From Haloquadratum walsbyi J07HQW2 (GTDB lineage: Archaea > Halobacteriota > Halobacteria > Halobacteriales > Haloferacaceae), in contig NZ_KE356561.1 in assembly GCF_000415985.1 (NCBI RefSeq), forward strand, positions 3,105,862-3,169,861: DNA of 64,000 nucleotides, given 5' to 3'. The notes beneath the pieces were generated by a model that was not told the DNA's origin, ran no database searches, and saw only the letters and a program-made list of their open reading frames with translations. Positions 49,050 through 60,595 of this stretch are shown here, one piece after another. The translations under genes and the position numbers were made by a program. Each line of letters opens with the position of its first letter. The stretch's first letter is position 1.

Positions 49050-49427
49050 CCCCAGCGCCCGTCCTTGAGGGCGGGAATGAATCCGACGGAAATTTTTTGA
49101 TTTCTCTGAGAGCATAATCTATTGGAGTTCCCTCGATAGCGACTGTCGTCTGCGACTGCGACTGACGGTTCTCAGGAGGATGAATACCATATCGTGGAGG
49201 GACGAATTGTATTCGTCTTCGTATTCGTCTCAGTGACCCGCTCGGCATGTCTGAGTGAGAAGGCTCCGATGACAGAGCTCCATGCGCTGGACGGCACACT
49301 CGGTCATAAGTGGGTGGCTTCCTTCGACGGTCCACGCGACAGCGTCAGCGTCTGTGAGAACTGAGGACCCGTGCAAGCTTGAATTCCTCTGCGAGGAATC
49401 TTCGCCGACGGGCGGAAAGGATATCAA
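49050..49427 (+). mobile_element. Non-autonomous IS1341/IS605 derivative (~380 bp)
   Basis: Left hairpin CCCGTCC-TTGA-GGGCGGG plus TGAATCCGAC (same as 2677-2722); right terminus GGATATCAA (compare GGATGTCAA at 3319); no ORF. Confidence 0.65.
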
Positions 49428-49681
49428 TTCTGAAATTTCTGGACGAGTGATTGTCTGAATTGAACCTAACTCTGTATGATGCATTTTGAATTAATAAGCT
49501 GAGATTTCCCACTCTACAATATTCCATTCTGGATCATCAAAGCCATTCCATTGGACACATAAAAAACAGAAATACTGTATCTAAGTCCGAATTAACGTAT
49601 TTCAGATAGTTTATAAATAATTCACTGCACGAATATAGAACATCTGATGATTAAGAGTAACCACAGTGCGTTTCAGATCGA

Positions 49682-50941
49682 TTAAGGCCACGTGCCCTGT
49701 CGATCATACGCTTTGATAACCCGCTCAATTGCAACAGCGTATGCAGCCGTTCGGAAGTTTGGAAGATCACGTGACTCATAGGTTTCGACAAGGTCATCGA
49801 ATGCATTCGTGATAATCGTTTCTAGTTCCTCTTTGACTCGTGATTCTGCCCAGTAGAACTGCTGTCGATTCTGTACCCACTCAAAGTATGATACAGTCAC
49901 TCCTCCAGCATTTGCGAGCACATCTGGAAATACAGCAACATCGCGATTAGTCAAGACGGCATCTGCCTCCGGTGTCAGGGGTCCATTTGCCGCCTCAACA
50001 ATCACATTAGCACGCACATCGGATGCAATCGATCCATCAATAGCATTCTCCAATGCTGCTGGGATCAACACATCAACATCAAGCGTCAATAGTTCGCGAT
50101 TCGACCGCACTTCGGTTTCTGCTCCCTCGTACTCGATTACTGAGCCGGTTTTACGCTTATCTGACTTCACCGCACGTGTATCTAATCCCGTTGGGTCATA
50201 GATTGCACCCGATGAGTCCGACACAGCAACAATACTTGCTCCTTGGTCTTCAAGCAACTCAGCAGCGACAGACCCAGCGTTACCATATCCCTGTATTGCG
50301 ACGGTTGCATCTGCAATATCTTGTCCACGATATTCAAACGCCTCTCGGGCGGTCAGCATCGTAGACCGACCTGTTGCCCGAACACGACCCGCACTTCCGC
50401 CTGCTGAGAGTGACTTTCCTGTGACCGTTCCTGGGGCATTCGTATTCTCGAGGGTTTCGTATGTGTCTTTAATCCAGTCCATTTCTCGTTGTCCGGTGTT
50501 CACGTCTGGGGCTGGAATATCAACATTCGGACCAATAAGTGGACGAAGTTCAGTCGCAAATGAGCGTGTCAATCGTTCTAATTCTCCGGCTGAGTATTTA
50601 CTCGGGTCAACAGCAATACCTCCCTTGCCACCACCGTATGGGATATCAACAAGTGCGCATTTATATACCATCCACCCCGAGAGCGCTTTTACTTCATCAC
50701 GTGTGACACCTGGATGATAGCGAATCCCCCCCTTGTACGGTCCGCGATCACCATTAAACTGTGAGCGGAATGATTTGAAATGCTCGATTGTCCCATCGTC
50801 CATTTCAACGGACAAATTTGCTTCAAGAACGCGTTCAGGTCGTTTTAGTCGCTCAACGAGGTCGCTACGAACATCGAGATATGTTGCTGCATCATCGATT
50901 TGTTCTTGTAAGCTCTCGAAGGGATTCGCCTCAGATGCCAT
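49682..50941 (-). CDS. gdhA: Glutamate dehydrogenase
   Basis: [29 protein letters not shown]...[34 protein letters not shown]. Confidence 0.97.
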   Translation of the reverse strand: MASEANPFESLQEQIDDAATYLDVRSDLVERLKRPERVLEANLSVEMDDGTIEHFKSFRSQFNGDRGPYKGGIRYHPGVTRDEVKALSGWMVYKCALVDIPYGGGKGGIAVDPSKYSAGELERLTRSFATELRPLIGPNVDIPAPDVNTGQREMDWIKDTYETLENTNAPGTVTGKSLSAGGSAGRVRATGRSTMLTAREAFEYRGQDIADATVAIQGYGNAGSVAAELLEDQGASIVAVSDSSGAIYDPTGLDTRAVKSDKRKTGSVIEYEGAETEVRSNRELLTLDVDVLIPAALENAIDGSIASDVRANVIVEAANGPLTPEADAVLTNRDVAVFPDVLANAGGVTVSYFEWVQNRQQFYWAESRVKEELETIITNAFDDLVETYESRDLPNFRTAAYAVAIERVIKAYDRQGTWP

Positions 50942-51134
50942 ATGTCAAATTCGGGGGTCGCCTCGGTTAAAAATATCGACCAAATGTACAATCGTGACCG
51001 CTGAAAGTAATAAACTGCATTCTCGCATCTCAGATTACCGCAAATCGACTATCGATAATGACCGAAAAGCCCGCTGTTGATATGACATATGCAAATCAAC
51101 ACTGTGAACAATATATTCCAGTAGATCTATTCAA

Positions 51135-52070
51135 TCAATCGGCGTTAGCCTCACCTGTTAGTGCAGTCTCAAGTTGCTCAATCAGTGATGGTGTTCCAAC
51201 ATAGACTGGCGTCCGATCATGAATGCCATTTGATTCGACCGCAAGCAATGACTGCGAGCCATCTGAAGAAGCTCCACCAGCACATTCAATAATATACCCG
51301 ACAGGATACCCTTCAAATTGGATGCGAAGCTTCCCGGATGGAGCGTTCGTGAGCGCTGGATACCCGAAAATCCCACCATACGTGAGCACCTGATTCACAT
51401 CACCGATCATCGCTCCTCCATATCGGAGTTTCATCGATGGATCAGATTCAATCTCATCAACAAAAGACTCGAAATCAGCAGGCCAATTCGGCACACGCCC
51501 ACCAAAACCATACACCGTTGGTTCCGTTGGGACGTCTACTTCCTGTTCAATTGGTTCATAGCTTCCATCTTGGTGAATGACATAATCCGTGACAGAACCA
51601 CCGACTGCTGCAATCATTGTTGTCGTTGCACCATAGAGAACGTATGCCGCAGCAACTAGGTCAGACCCATGTGCTGGAAGGGGTGCATCGTATACTGCTG
51701 CAATTGTCCCCATTGCAGCGTTTGGTTTGAGATTTGAGGAGCCATCAAGTGGGTCGACACAGACTGAAAACCCTGATCCAGTATCGTCGGCTGATGCACG
51801 TTCCTCGCTGGCGTACTCTCCCACTCCATCAAGCGAGCCAAGACGGTTACGGAGGAGTTCATCAGCGAACATATCTGCCTCCATTGGCGACTCTCCAGAC
51901 GGATTCTCCTCATCAGTCTTGACACGCCGTCCTGGGAGTCCACTTCGAATTTCTGGAGCCGTGCGGGCAAGTATGTCGAGAATTGATGTGATTGTCTTAT
52001 TATCTGTAAGCGATAGTGATTGCCCTCTAGAGCTGGGGTTAGACTCAGAATCAGGTGGTGACTCGTTCAT
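51135..52070 (-). CDS. fbp: Class 1 fructose-1,6-bisphosphatase
   Basis: [43 protein letters not shown]. Confidence 0.95.
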   Translation of the reverse strand: MNESPPDSESNPSSRGQSLSLTDNKTITSILDILARTAPEIRSGLPGRRVKTDEENPSGESPMEADMFADELLRNRLGSLDGVGEYASEERASADDTGSGFSVCVDPLDGSSNLKPNAAMGTIAAVYDAPLPAHGSDLVAAAYVLYGATTTMIAAVGGSVTDYVIHQDGSYEPIEQEVDVPTEPTVYGFGGRVPNWPADFESFVDEIESDPSMKLRYGGAMIGDVNQVLTYGGIFGYPALTNAPSGKLRIQFEGYPVGYIIECAGGASSDGSQSLLAVESNGIHDRTPVYVGTPSLIEQLETALTGEANAD

Positions 52071-52367
52071 GTATGTGATTTTATTGACGAAGCCACTCGT
52101 TTAATATCTCCGGTGAAAAGTAATTAAGATATGGCTATTACTTCGCGCTTCGGTCAGGAATCGATTAGTCTCTGTCTTCATCCAGTATATTTGAGTTACC
52201 GCCATTATTGTCATTATACTCGGGCCCTGCTCCAGCTTGCGAATTAAGAGATTTATTTTATGATTCTGTTTGTTGGCTAGATGGTATGCTATGAGTTGCG
52301 CTGGTATAGATAATGATCCGTATCCGTATCTGAACTAGTCGGAATATACAGGTAGCTTGATGAGTAG

Positions 52368-52682
52368 TTGTATCATATGGGATTGGGAACAACAGCGAAG
52401 AAGCTACAAAAGGTAACGGAGATGGCGGAAAACGTCTATCAGCGATTAAATGAACTGCGAGCGCAGATTTCAGAAATGCGGGAAACGACCGGTGAGACAC
52501 AAGCGACTGTTGACCGACTTGAGACTGAAACTGCTGAGATTCGAGCTATTGTTGAGGCAATCGCTGATCAAGAAGATATTGATACTGAAACTGTTATTGC
52601 AGACGCACACATCACTGAGGCTGAGGCTGAGGCAGAGACAGCAGAATCAGCAGCAGAATCAGGATCTGACTCTGGACTCTGA
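52368..52682 (+). CDS. Coiled-coil hypothetical protein (DUF5798-like)
   Basis: MGLGTTAKKLQKVTEMAENVY.RLNELR, a heptad pattern typical of a haloarchaeal family. The real start is probably the second Met. Confidence 0.8.
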   Translation: MYHMGLGTTAKKLQKVTEMAENVYQRLNELRAQISEMRETTGETQATVDRLETETAEIRAIVEAIADQEDIDTETVIADAHITEAEAEAETAESAAESGSDSGL

Positions 52683-52899
52683 CGTCACTCCTGATAGTCC
52701 GGCATAACTGGCATTGTGGGACTGATCGTGCATTGAATGCTCTTTGCCAACTAGTGAAAATATCGCATTAAACAATTCTGTTAATGATTACTATGACGAA
52801 TACCGTAGGGCACGATCCTGAGATGATTCACACATAGTAGATGGTGTCCTGTCCGTTGAGAGTACAATGTTCGTAGGCGCATACACACCATATTGTGAA

Positions 52900-53334
52900 T
52901 CATGCCCTATGCGTACTGTGTGCAACTTTGAGACAGCGGTCTTGAACGACATCAATTCCCGCCTCGGTGGCGTTTGAGGCTGCTGTATCATCACGAATTC
53001 CACGCTGTAACCAGACAATTTCGGCATCGCCAACGCGGTCGTGTCGCTCAATTACCGACTCAATAATTTCTGGTACCTCCTCGCTTGGTCGAAAAATATT
53101 GACTATATCGATTATGTCGTCATCTGGGACAGCTGTGAGTGAATCATACGCTGTTGTATCGAAGATCTGCTCTGCAAACGGATTAATCGGCATAATATCA
53201 TATCCATGCCGAATAAGATACTTAGGAACATCGTGTGCTGGCTTTCCTGGCGTCGTTGAACATCCAATAACAGCAATCGTTGTCGCTGTAAGCGCCCGCT
53301 CAATTACGCTCGGTGAATCTTCTTTGATTGTCAT
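52900..53334 (-). CDS. CoA-binding domain protein (YccU-like)
   Basis: IAVIGCS..PGKPAH.V..YL...GY.I.PINP, DIVNIFRPSE, VWLQ.GI, VVQDRC. Confidence 0.92.
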   Translation of the reverse strand: MTIKEDSPSVIERALTATTIAVIGCSTTPGKPAHDVPKYLIRHGYDIMPINPFAEQIFDTTAYDSLTAVPDDDIIDIVNIFRPSEEVPEIIESVIERHDRVGDAEIVWLQRGIRDDTAASNATEAGIDVVQDRCLKVAHSTHRA

Positions 53335-53608
53335 TACTTGAATCTTCAGTTGTGAGCCATATATACACGTATATATTGCTTATCGTGTTTTTACTCTCAG
53401 TTGTGTGCATTTCACCACTCATACGACACTCCTAGGTTATTTCATCTGTATTTGCTTATCAAAACGTGTCGTAGTGGTGAATCCGACCCGACGCGACCCG
53501 ACGCGACGATACTGACCCGCGAATCTGCCTATTGTCGAAGTATAATTGAGCGCTGATGCTTCTCATGCACAATCCACTGTGAGCGACAGTATCGGCTATG
53601 TAAGCTAT

Positions 53609-54472
53609 TTATATCCCAGCCACGGTCACAGCCCGTCCAAGAACAAATGCTGCTGCTGCGACGAACATACCGATTTTAAGTAACTGTTGTCCCTGTGCGG
53701 GCTTATGTGGTGCCTGCCAGACTCCAGCCAGCATGATCATATCCGCGGGCACGACTAACGTGAGGTACCAGATTCCAAAACTCCTTATGATGTATGGCAC
53801 GACACTTGCAGTGATAGCAATCACAAGCACCCCCGTTGCAATACGGCGTGCAGGTGTGACCCCAATAACAATTGGCAATGTCTGAAGCCCTTCTTGGCGG
53901 TCACCATCAATATCTTCAATATCTTTGATAATCTCTCGAGTTGCTGTTGCGAGCGCAGCCAGTATAAACAAGACAATCACACCGGAGTCGGTGACTTGAC
54001 CGACTGCTGCGGCTCCAAATAAGAATGTTGAACCGGTAAGGTATGCAACGACGATGTTCCCGACACCAGGAAGCCCTTTGAATAACTCAGTGTATGCGAC
54101 TAATGCGAGCAGATTCGCTACCGCAAGTGCAATCGCAATAACTGGGAGAACCAATGTTGAGACAATCGCAGCAACAAACAGTAATCCACTGAATATAATA
54201 GCGCCTCGTTCACTGATAGCTCCGCGAGGAATTGGTCTCATTGGGCGATTGATTCGATCGATTGCGCGGTCAAAATAGTCATTAATCGCATTCCCAGCTG
54301 CAGTCGCGAATATTGTTGCCGCAATAGCACCGATTAAATGAATGGCTGTCACTGCAAGGCCACCGGCGACAAAGGCTCCAGTGAAGGTGAGCACACCCGC
54401 TGCGACCGCGTTCCCAATCCGCATCAGATCAATGATCCCACGGATTGTTCCCCGGACGTCATTATTCATCAA
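53609..54472 (-). CDS. Digeranylgeranylglyceryl-phosphate synthase (UbiA family)
   Basis: NAINDYFDRAID.INRP.RPIPRG, REIIKDIEDIDGD; multi-TM. Confidence 0.92.
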   Translation of the reverse strand: MMNNDVRGTIRGIIDLMRIGNAVAAGVLTFTGAFVAGGLAVTAIHLIGAIAATIFATAAGNAINDYFDRAIDRINRPMRPIPRGAISERGAIIFSGLLFVAAIVSTLVLPVIAIALAVANLLALVAYTELFKGLPGVGNIVVAYLTGSTFLFGAAAVGQVTDSGVIVLFILAALATATREIIKDIEDIDGDRQEGLQTLPIVIGVTPARRIATGVLVIAITASVVPYIIRSFGIWYLTLVVPADMIMLAGVWQAPHKPAQGQQLLKIGMFVAAAAFVLGRAVTVAGI

Positions 54473-54700
54473 TTTAGTTTGCTACAATCGAGGAAATAAG
54501 TGACCCGAAATCACTGTCAACAATAATCAATATCTGTGTTTGTACACACTTTTGATAAATTGAGTCATGATACTGCGAAGTCTCGACTCATGACGGGTAA
54601 TGCAGTAAGCAGCACCTCATATGCGCACCACCCAAACAGTAAAATTATTATACCATCAAGAGATGCAGCATATTATCCGTGTCGCACCAGTGATATATGC

Positions 54701-55171
54701 ATGACAATATCTACTGGAGATTCTGTGACAATTGAGTATACTGCTCGAACGGGTGATGGGACTGTTTTCGATACATCACGGCAATCAATTGCGACAGAGG
54801 TCGGGTTGAGCAAGACACAACCTGACCGCGAGTATAAACCATTTACCTTTGAAGTCGGGGGTGGGGTGGTCATCGAAGGGCTTGATAAAGCGTTGGTCGG
54901 ACTTGAGGAAGGTACTCATTCGAACATTACAGTGTCACCGGAGAAAGCATACGGTGAATGGAAGCAAAGTCGCGTTCGTGAATACGATGCAGATAGTGTT
55001 GAGATAGCCGGTGGGACCATTGAGGAGGGATCACATATCAAATCCGACGATGGCACTGTTGCAGAGATCACGCATGCTGGTCCGGACATTGTCCGAGTTG
55101 ATCATAACAATCCGCTTGCTGGCAATACAGTGCGATTCGAAATTGAAATCATCAGTGTACGAACAGCGTAA
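54701..55171 (+). CDS. FKBP-type peptidyl-prolyl isomerase (SlyD-like)
   Basis: GDSVTIEYT...DGTVFDTS, PF.F.VG...VIEGL, PEKAYG, VDHNNPLAG..V.FEI; start set at 54701. Confidence 0.93.
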   Translation: MTISTGDSVTIEYTARTGDGTVFDTSRQSIATEVGLSKTQPDREYKPFTFEVGGGVVIEGLDKALVGLEEGTHSNITVSPEKAYGEWKQSRVREYDADSVEIAGGTIEEGSHIKSDDGTVAEITHAGPDIVRVDHNNPLAGNTVRFEIEIISVRTA

Positions 55172-55536
55172 CTCAGTATCCTCAATATTGTTTTATTTTT
55201 AATATGCGCATACACTTCTTTATAATGAGCAACATAATCTCCTGATTTTTTGACCTGAAGAGTTAACCATACCTTTGAGTATCTCTGAACGTGAGAGGAA
55301 CGAATCGTAAAAATACTCAAAATAAGGGAACAGTATTTTATATTTAATCGATATGTGGCTGATTATGGCTGAGATATCATAACGTATGTTACATTAGGTA
55401 TATACCGTCCAGTCGCATCTCAAATGACAATCCGAACGATCTGCGTAGTATAGTCCCTGGGGATAATTCTCACTTTTGTTGAATTATCCTTACACAAATC
55501 ATATTTGCTCGTATGAGATCAATAATAAATGAATAA

Positions 55537-55612
55537 CGGGCCGGGAGGGATTTGAACCCTCGATCCTCTGGTTAAAAGCCAGATGCTTTGGGCCAATCTA
55601 AGCTACCAGCCC
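55537..55612 (-). tRNA. tRNA-Lys(UUU)
   Basis: Cloverleaf: acceptor GGGCTGG/CCGGCCC, anticodon arm TCTGG-CTTTTAA-CCAGA, T-arm GAGGG-TTCAAAT-CCCTC; no encoded CCA. Confidence 0.96.
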
Positions 55613-55636
55613 ACATTGAAATACGAGTAACTCAGA

Positions 55637-55643
55637 TATAAAA
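55637..55643 (-). promoter_or_regulatory. Putative TATA box of tRNA-Lys
   Basis: TTTTATA on the minus strand, 25-31 nt upstream of the mature tRNA 5' end. Confidence 0.5.
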
Positions 55644-55788
55644 GAGCTTCAATTTGTTATGTCGGATCAAGGTGTTTGTGATAACCACACAATCCTGTTA
55701 CGTGTTCACGAAGCAAATGAGTGGATGGAATGAAAACAGACTTAAATCAAACCTGGTTATTCACTATTGCGAACGCGAGATGATAATT

Positions 55789-55863
55789 GGGCGCTTAGCT
55801 CAGTTTGGACAGAGTACTTGGCTTCGGACCAAGCTGTCGCGGGTTCAAATCCTGCAGCGCCCA
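55789..55863 (+). tRNA. tRNA-Arg(UCG)
   Basis: Cloverleaf: acceptor GGGCGCT/AGCGCCC, anticodon arm CTTGG-CTTCGGA-CCAAG, T-arm GCGGG-TTCAAAT-CCTGC. Confidence 0.96.
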
Positions 55864-57309
55864 TTCGCTTTCCTATTCCTCAAAATCCAACAGACAGCGT
55901 AGAGGTGTATATAAACACCCTCACCAAACTGACTATTGAGTTGAACACGCAGCGTATTCCAGGGTCGTCACGTCTGCCGATTCACAAATGCCAATCATAT
56001 CCACAGTGACAAAAGTATGCGTGCTCACTCGGTTTCCACGTTCATTTCAAGATCCACCAGACGACTGTGCGTGCTCCAAGTTGCTTCGACCCTATATCAC
56101 TGCGCGCTGAGTATCAAGTGATCATTACTTAATTGCTTCGCAATCAACACCGTCGTTATCATCCTCCCGTCCAACCAGCGTGGACGGATCTGTGACGAGT
56201 GTGCCACATCACACTCGTCGTTCGAGTTGAAATAATGAGCCGACTGTCCCCTGCGCCAGGGTTTAATAAACGATAGACCAAACAAACCTATGACCGCTGC
56301 GACAAGCGTGGCAAGACTGACGACTCTCTTATGATATACACTACTTACTACGACGCCAATAGCCGTGGTGCGACGACTTCGTAAGTACGACCACCGGTCT
56401 ACTAACCAACGATGCGGACAAGATAACCATTGAGAATATATTAGCAGGGTCAGCCGGTCAGGGTGAAAACCAGTGACTGGAGTCAGCTCAGTGATTAACC
56501 AGACATATTTTTGAAACTCCGCTCAGTGGGGCGGTGTATGATTAAATTCGACTATCTGATAATAACTCATTTCCTCGCTCTTTTTTTCTCAGCCGTCTGG
56601 ACACTAGTGTTTATATCGGGAGTACGGTATAAACGAGATTATCATAGACTGAAGACTGAAAGAAACACAGAGCAGGATGAACTTCTCACCTACTGTGATA
56701 TCAAGCCTCACATTCCTGATGCTATTCAATATAGGGCTCACATCGGCGCTGGAATCTGATAGTGATCCACTGCCGGGCGTCCCAATGTAACACTTCTTTA
56801 ATCTGCCCGAAGACGGGGTCAGCGGTAATCAGATGGCACATATCAATCTCCTGCTCGGTGTCACCGTACTCAACACAGTCCGGTGCATCGTTAACCCCAA
56901 GTTATGTGTTCTCTGCGTTGTACCCGCTCTCTACCGGCAGCATACCACCATTTGCAATCATTGTGTTCGTTACCTCGTCTTACCACGACGCATTATCTCT
57001 GATGCTGTAACTGTGCCATCGGTGTTAATTACCATCGCCTCAGTTGCCTGTGTGTATGCTTCGCCGGTCGCACCGCCTGACACGAGCGTCACACCGGTCA
57101 ACCCATTGTAGTGTCATCGTCACGTATCATCTCTACTTCATGATATTCAGTCGCCACACTGCGAGTCCACACACGATTATGACCTTTCACACCACTCCCA
57201 CAACAGTAACAACAACCGACTGAACAATCCCCAACTGCACATCTTCCCTAACGCCTCTCACGTTTCGTCTCTTCTGACGTTCTCCTGAATCCACGAATGG
57301 TGTTATTCG

Positions 57310-57507
57310 ATGCTCTCCCGTGAAAATACAGTTATTATCACGTTCATCGCGTTGGCAATGGTATTATCACTCCCACTAGCCGGACTCATCAGATTCCTGG
57401 ATGGACCAACTCCTCCCAAATGGCTACCATACGTCATCCTAATTGGCGTTGGAGTCATCGCTCCAATACTGGTGAATGAACATCTCAACACAATCGAATC
57501 GCCCTGA
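57310..57507 (+). CDS. Small two-TM membrane protein
   Basis: Two hydrophobic segments separated by a Pro-rich loop (GPTPPKW). Confidence 0.65.
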   Translation: MLSRENTVIITFIALAMVLSLPLAGLIRFLDGPTPPKWLPYVILIGVGVIAPILVNEHLNTIESP

Positions 57508-57711
57508 GTATGAAGCGATGAACCGTTACATGGCTCGCTTTCTGATACAATGGCTCATGACCCCGAGCAAGAGTAACCTCATCACTGTTTTGAACTTCCG
57601 TGTTCACTTCGAAAAAGAATTCACGTTGTCGCTACTCACGCTCCCAGTGGCACCGTCTTCACGAAATCACGACTCCATTTCTGCTCGAATATCGCTCCAC
57701 AGGTGCATCAT

Positions 57712-58242
57712 ATGATGACGGTTCGTCAAATGCTGGACGCTCACCGTCGAGTAGTTATCATCAGTGCCGTGATCTGCGTGAGTGTACTTATGATTGTGCT
57801 TGTGCTCGCCTCCATCCCTTCTGTTTTGCAGATTGTCTCTGGCGGAGCGTATTACTCAACAAACGAATTGCCAGTTAATCAATCAGCCGCGTTCGACCCA
57901 CCTCAGACAGCGAATTTGAGTCAGTCTCAGTCTCCAGAAGACGCTCGGTTCACCGTCACTGTCGAAAATCAAACGCAGTACACAGTGAGCCGACAGGACG
58001 CCGTTGGGAACCCATCACATGTCCTCCGACCAACCGACGCACAGGTCGTTGGTACAACGCTCGTCATCCGCGAGGAATCAGTCATCACCGACTCTGACCC
58101 CGACCCCGACACACTGTCCCCCAGCGTCGTCTCAACCGGATCATACACCGAGCAATGGACTATCACAGTTCCAATCGACCGAGTTGCTGTGTATCACCCA
58201 TACCAAGACCATCCATATGTGAAATCGGTCAACTCAAATTAA
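57712..58242 (+). CDS. N-terminally anchored extracytoplasmic protein
   Basis: Basic residues, then a ~25-aa hydrophobic stretch, then an S/T-rich beta-type domain with N-x-S/T sequons. Confidence 0.65.
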   Translation: MMTVRQMLDAHRRVVIISAVICVSVLMIVLVLASIPSVLQIVSGGAYYSTNELPVNQSAAFDPPQTANLSQSQSPEDARFTVTVENQTQYTVSRQDAVGNPSHVLRPTDAQVVGTTLVIREESVITDSDPDPDTLSPSVVSTGSYTEQWTITVPIDRVAVYHPYQDHPYVKSVNSN

Positions 58243-58774
58243 TCATAACTACGTCGCATGAAAACTGCCATGAGTAACCAACCAACACAAATTCGTTCTG
58301 CTCACCACAGCATCGTCTGCAGATACATCATAGTCGGTTCACATCGCTCCTCAACGAATCCTGTGCAGGACTTCTCGTTCGTGAGAAACGCTGTATCGAG
58401 TCACTGAGCGTCCGCACGATACGAGACATATGATCATACCACGCCTACTACACAGCGTATATCCCTCATCTTCATTCTCACCGCCTGCAACTCATAGCTC
58501 AGCGACAATCGCAGTCATACATCACTACGTATCAGCCATACAAGTGTTATTTGACGCCAACTCACAGTCAGCTGGATCCTGGTGGATTGAAACGGCGAAT
58601 CAGTTTCGGGACCCCCGGCGACGCAAGCACTGACGGTCCATCGCGACCAAAGCGCGCAGCGAGTCGCGGGACCGAAACTGACCGAGGGCTTTCAGAGTCC
58701 TCACATCACACGCCGTGGTCATAGCACAGCCACTACTCTCCCTTGCTTAGATGAACTCCCATCCTCTTGCCCCC

Positions 58775-60130
58775 TCACCATACACACATATCGAGTACAG
58801 TCAGAATACGTCTTCCAGAACTCGCTTTCTTACTGCCCTTTGAGCCTGTTTGCAGCACCACTGAACCGTGTGCTTTCGACGCCCACATGAACGACAACAA
58901 CGCCATCTCACGGTTCCTCTCTTTAGCACCCTCAGCAGTTTTGTCGCCAAGTTGTTCCGCTCGCTCACGAATCTGTGGCACAGATAATGACGCTAATTCA
59001 CTCAACCGATTCATGCTCTTTCGATAGTACGGACGTAGCCCACCAGCATCCTCATATCGGGCAGGGACGACAGTCCCTCCATCAGCCACAGCCATCGGCG
59101 GTGTATCAACCGGTGCCATCACTGCTGGTCCAGCATCATTCGAGTCAACAACATGCCATCCATCCGCGAGATGAATTGTATCAACACGAACCCACGGAGT
59201 CACATCCGCACAATTCGGAATATCAAGACAGTCCGCCCAATTATCGCGGATATCAGTTGCATCCATTAACTGACGTACTCCACCGAATATGACGTGTCTG
59301 TGTGCCCATCCATCTTGATGCGGCTCCTGTACCCACATATACGGCGGTACACACCCCGGAGTGGGCTTGTCTGCGCTTTTCAGATCATACTGTAGCTTAT
59401 CCCTGAACCTCTTCCACGCCTCAGCCATCACCTCATACGAATGTACCGCTGAATCAGCCACCGCTCGCGGCAATGTCAAAGTTAGCACCACCCCCGACTC
59501 AAACCGTCGCTCTAACTCATCGGCATGATATTTATAATTCTCCACTAAATTGTTTGCCCGAGAAGCACACCCAACGCGTTGCACAGCCGGTATTGCACCT
59601 GAATCCAGTCTCTTGGAACCGCCCTCGTCATCAACCAGTGTCGACCGATGATCAGCTATAAATCCAATGCCAGCCCTAATTGGGAATCGTTCAGACCGTT
59701 CTCAGACCCTCGTCTCCAGCCAAGCCGCTCATCAAATCGCTGGACAGGGAGGGGATTCCCACCGGCATCAACAGCCTCGATTGGCTCCCACCATGGCACT
59801 TTTTCCTCGGGATTGCATGCACGTATCAAGTATACCGCTTTAGCGGTAGGACGCACCTTTGCATGACCAGATTCGGTCTTCTTTTTCCACAAGTCTGGGT
59901 GTTGATCTGCCAACCAGTTTGAACGGTTGTAGTGTTTCCTTAATCATCGCCAAACTCCGCGTCAAGGACGTTCTCGAACGGGACAAAATCAGTCGGACAA
60001 TCACCCAGCATCGCAGCTGCCGTGACGAGTCGTGTCTTTTCAAATCCTGTTGGATCACTCGCCCATGGGAATGGATCATCCTCACTGCGAAGGAACTCAG
60101 TAATCTCGGTTGTGGTTTGAGACAGTGTCA
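58775..60130 (-). pseudogene. rep: Rolling-circle replication initiator (HUH Rep), frameshifted
   Basis: Motif I VLTLTLP, motif II WVQE...GWAHRHVIFGG, motif III PYYRK. The acidic upstream frames (FLRSEDDPF...FGDD / RKHYNRSNWL...) join through frameshifts near 59942 and 59700. Confidence 0.8.
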
Positions 60131-60311
60131 GTTGAAATATCAGTTTCTTTTGACATACATATGGTAACGCACTTCATACAGTTAATACTTGTTAGTTCAT
60201 TCACATGATTGTAATTGATACTATCATATCGAGATAGTAGTGAACTTATTTTAATTCGACACGCAAGTTAGGCACAATCTAATTAATACTGTGCAAACAT
60301 GACGTATCATC

Positions 60312-60563
60312 ATGCGTCAACCAGTGACCAGTGCTACTGAGTTAGAATCCGGTCAATCATATGAAATATATCGTGACGGTGAACAAGTCGATAAGGTTCA
60401 TACGATGACCGTCAACCCCGAATCGGACATTGCCCACGTCGTTATCGGCGAATACGACAATCCACACGAAATCACCATCAGTGAGTGGCTCGATGAGTAT
60501 ACTATTGTGCCTCACAGTCGCGGCGCGAGTACGCTCGATATTATGAGTCAATCGCTCCCATAA
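60312..60563 (+). CDS. Hypothetical protein
   Basis: Acidic 83-aa ATG ORF divergent from rep. Confidence 0.65.
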   Translation: MRQPVTSATELESGQSYEIYRDGEQVDKVHTMTVNPESDIAHVVIGEYDNPHEITISEWLDEYTIVPHSRGASTLDIMSQSLP

Positions 60564-60595
60564 TGACTATCCTCCTAGCAGATGTCTTAACGACT

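Noticed and set aside
56511-57111. ORFs at 56511, 56762 and 56833 inside the island
   Set aside because: Composition is not haloarchaeal-like; the opposite strand has acidic, stop-interrupted fragments, so this is probably an unidentifiable decayed gene.
60039-60049. TTCAAATCCTG matching the tRNA-Arg T-loop, as a possible attR
   Set aside because: Only 11 nt long, lies inside the rep coding region, and the acceptor-stem sequence does not follow.
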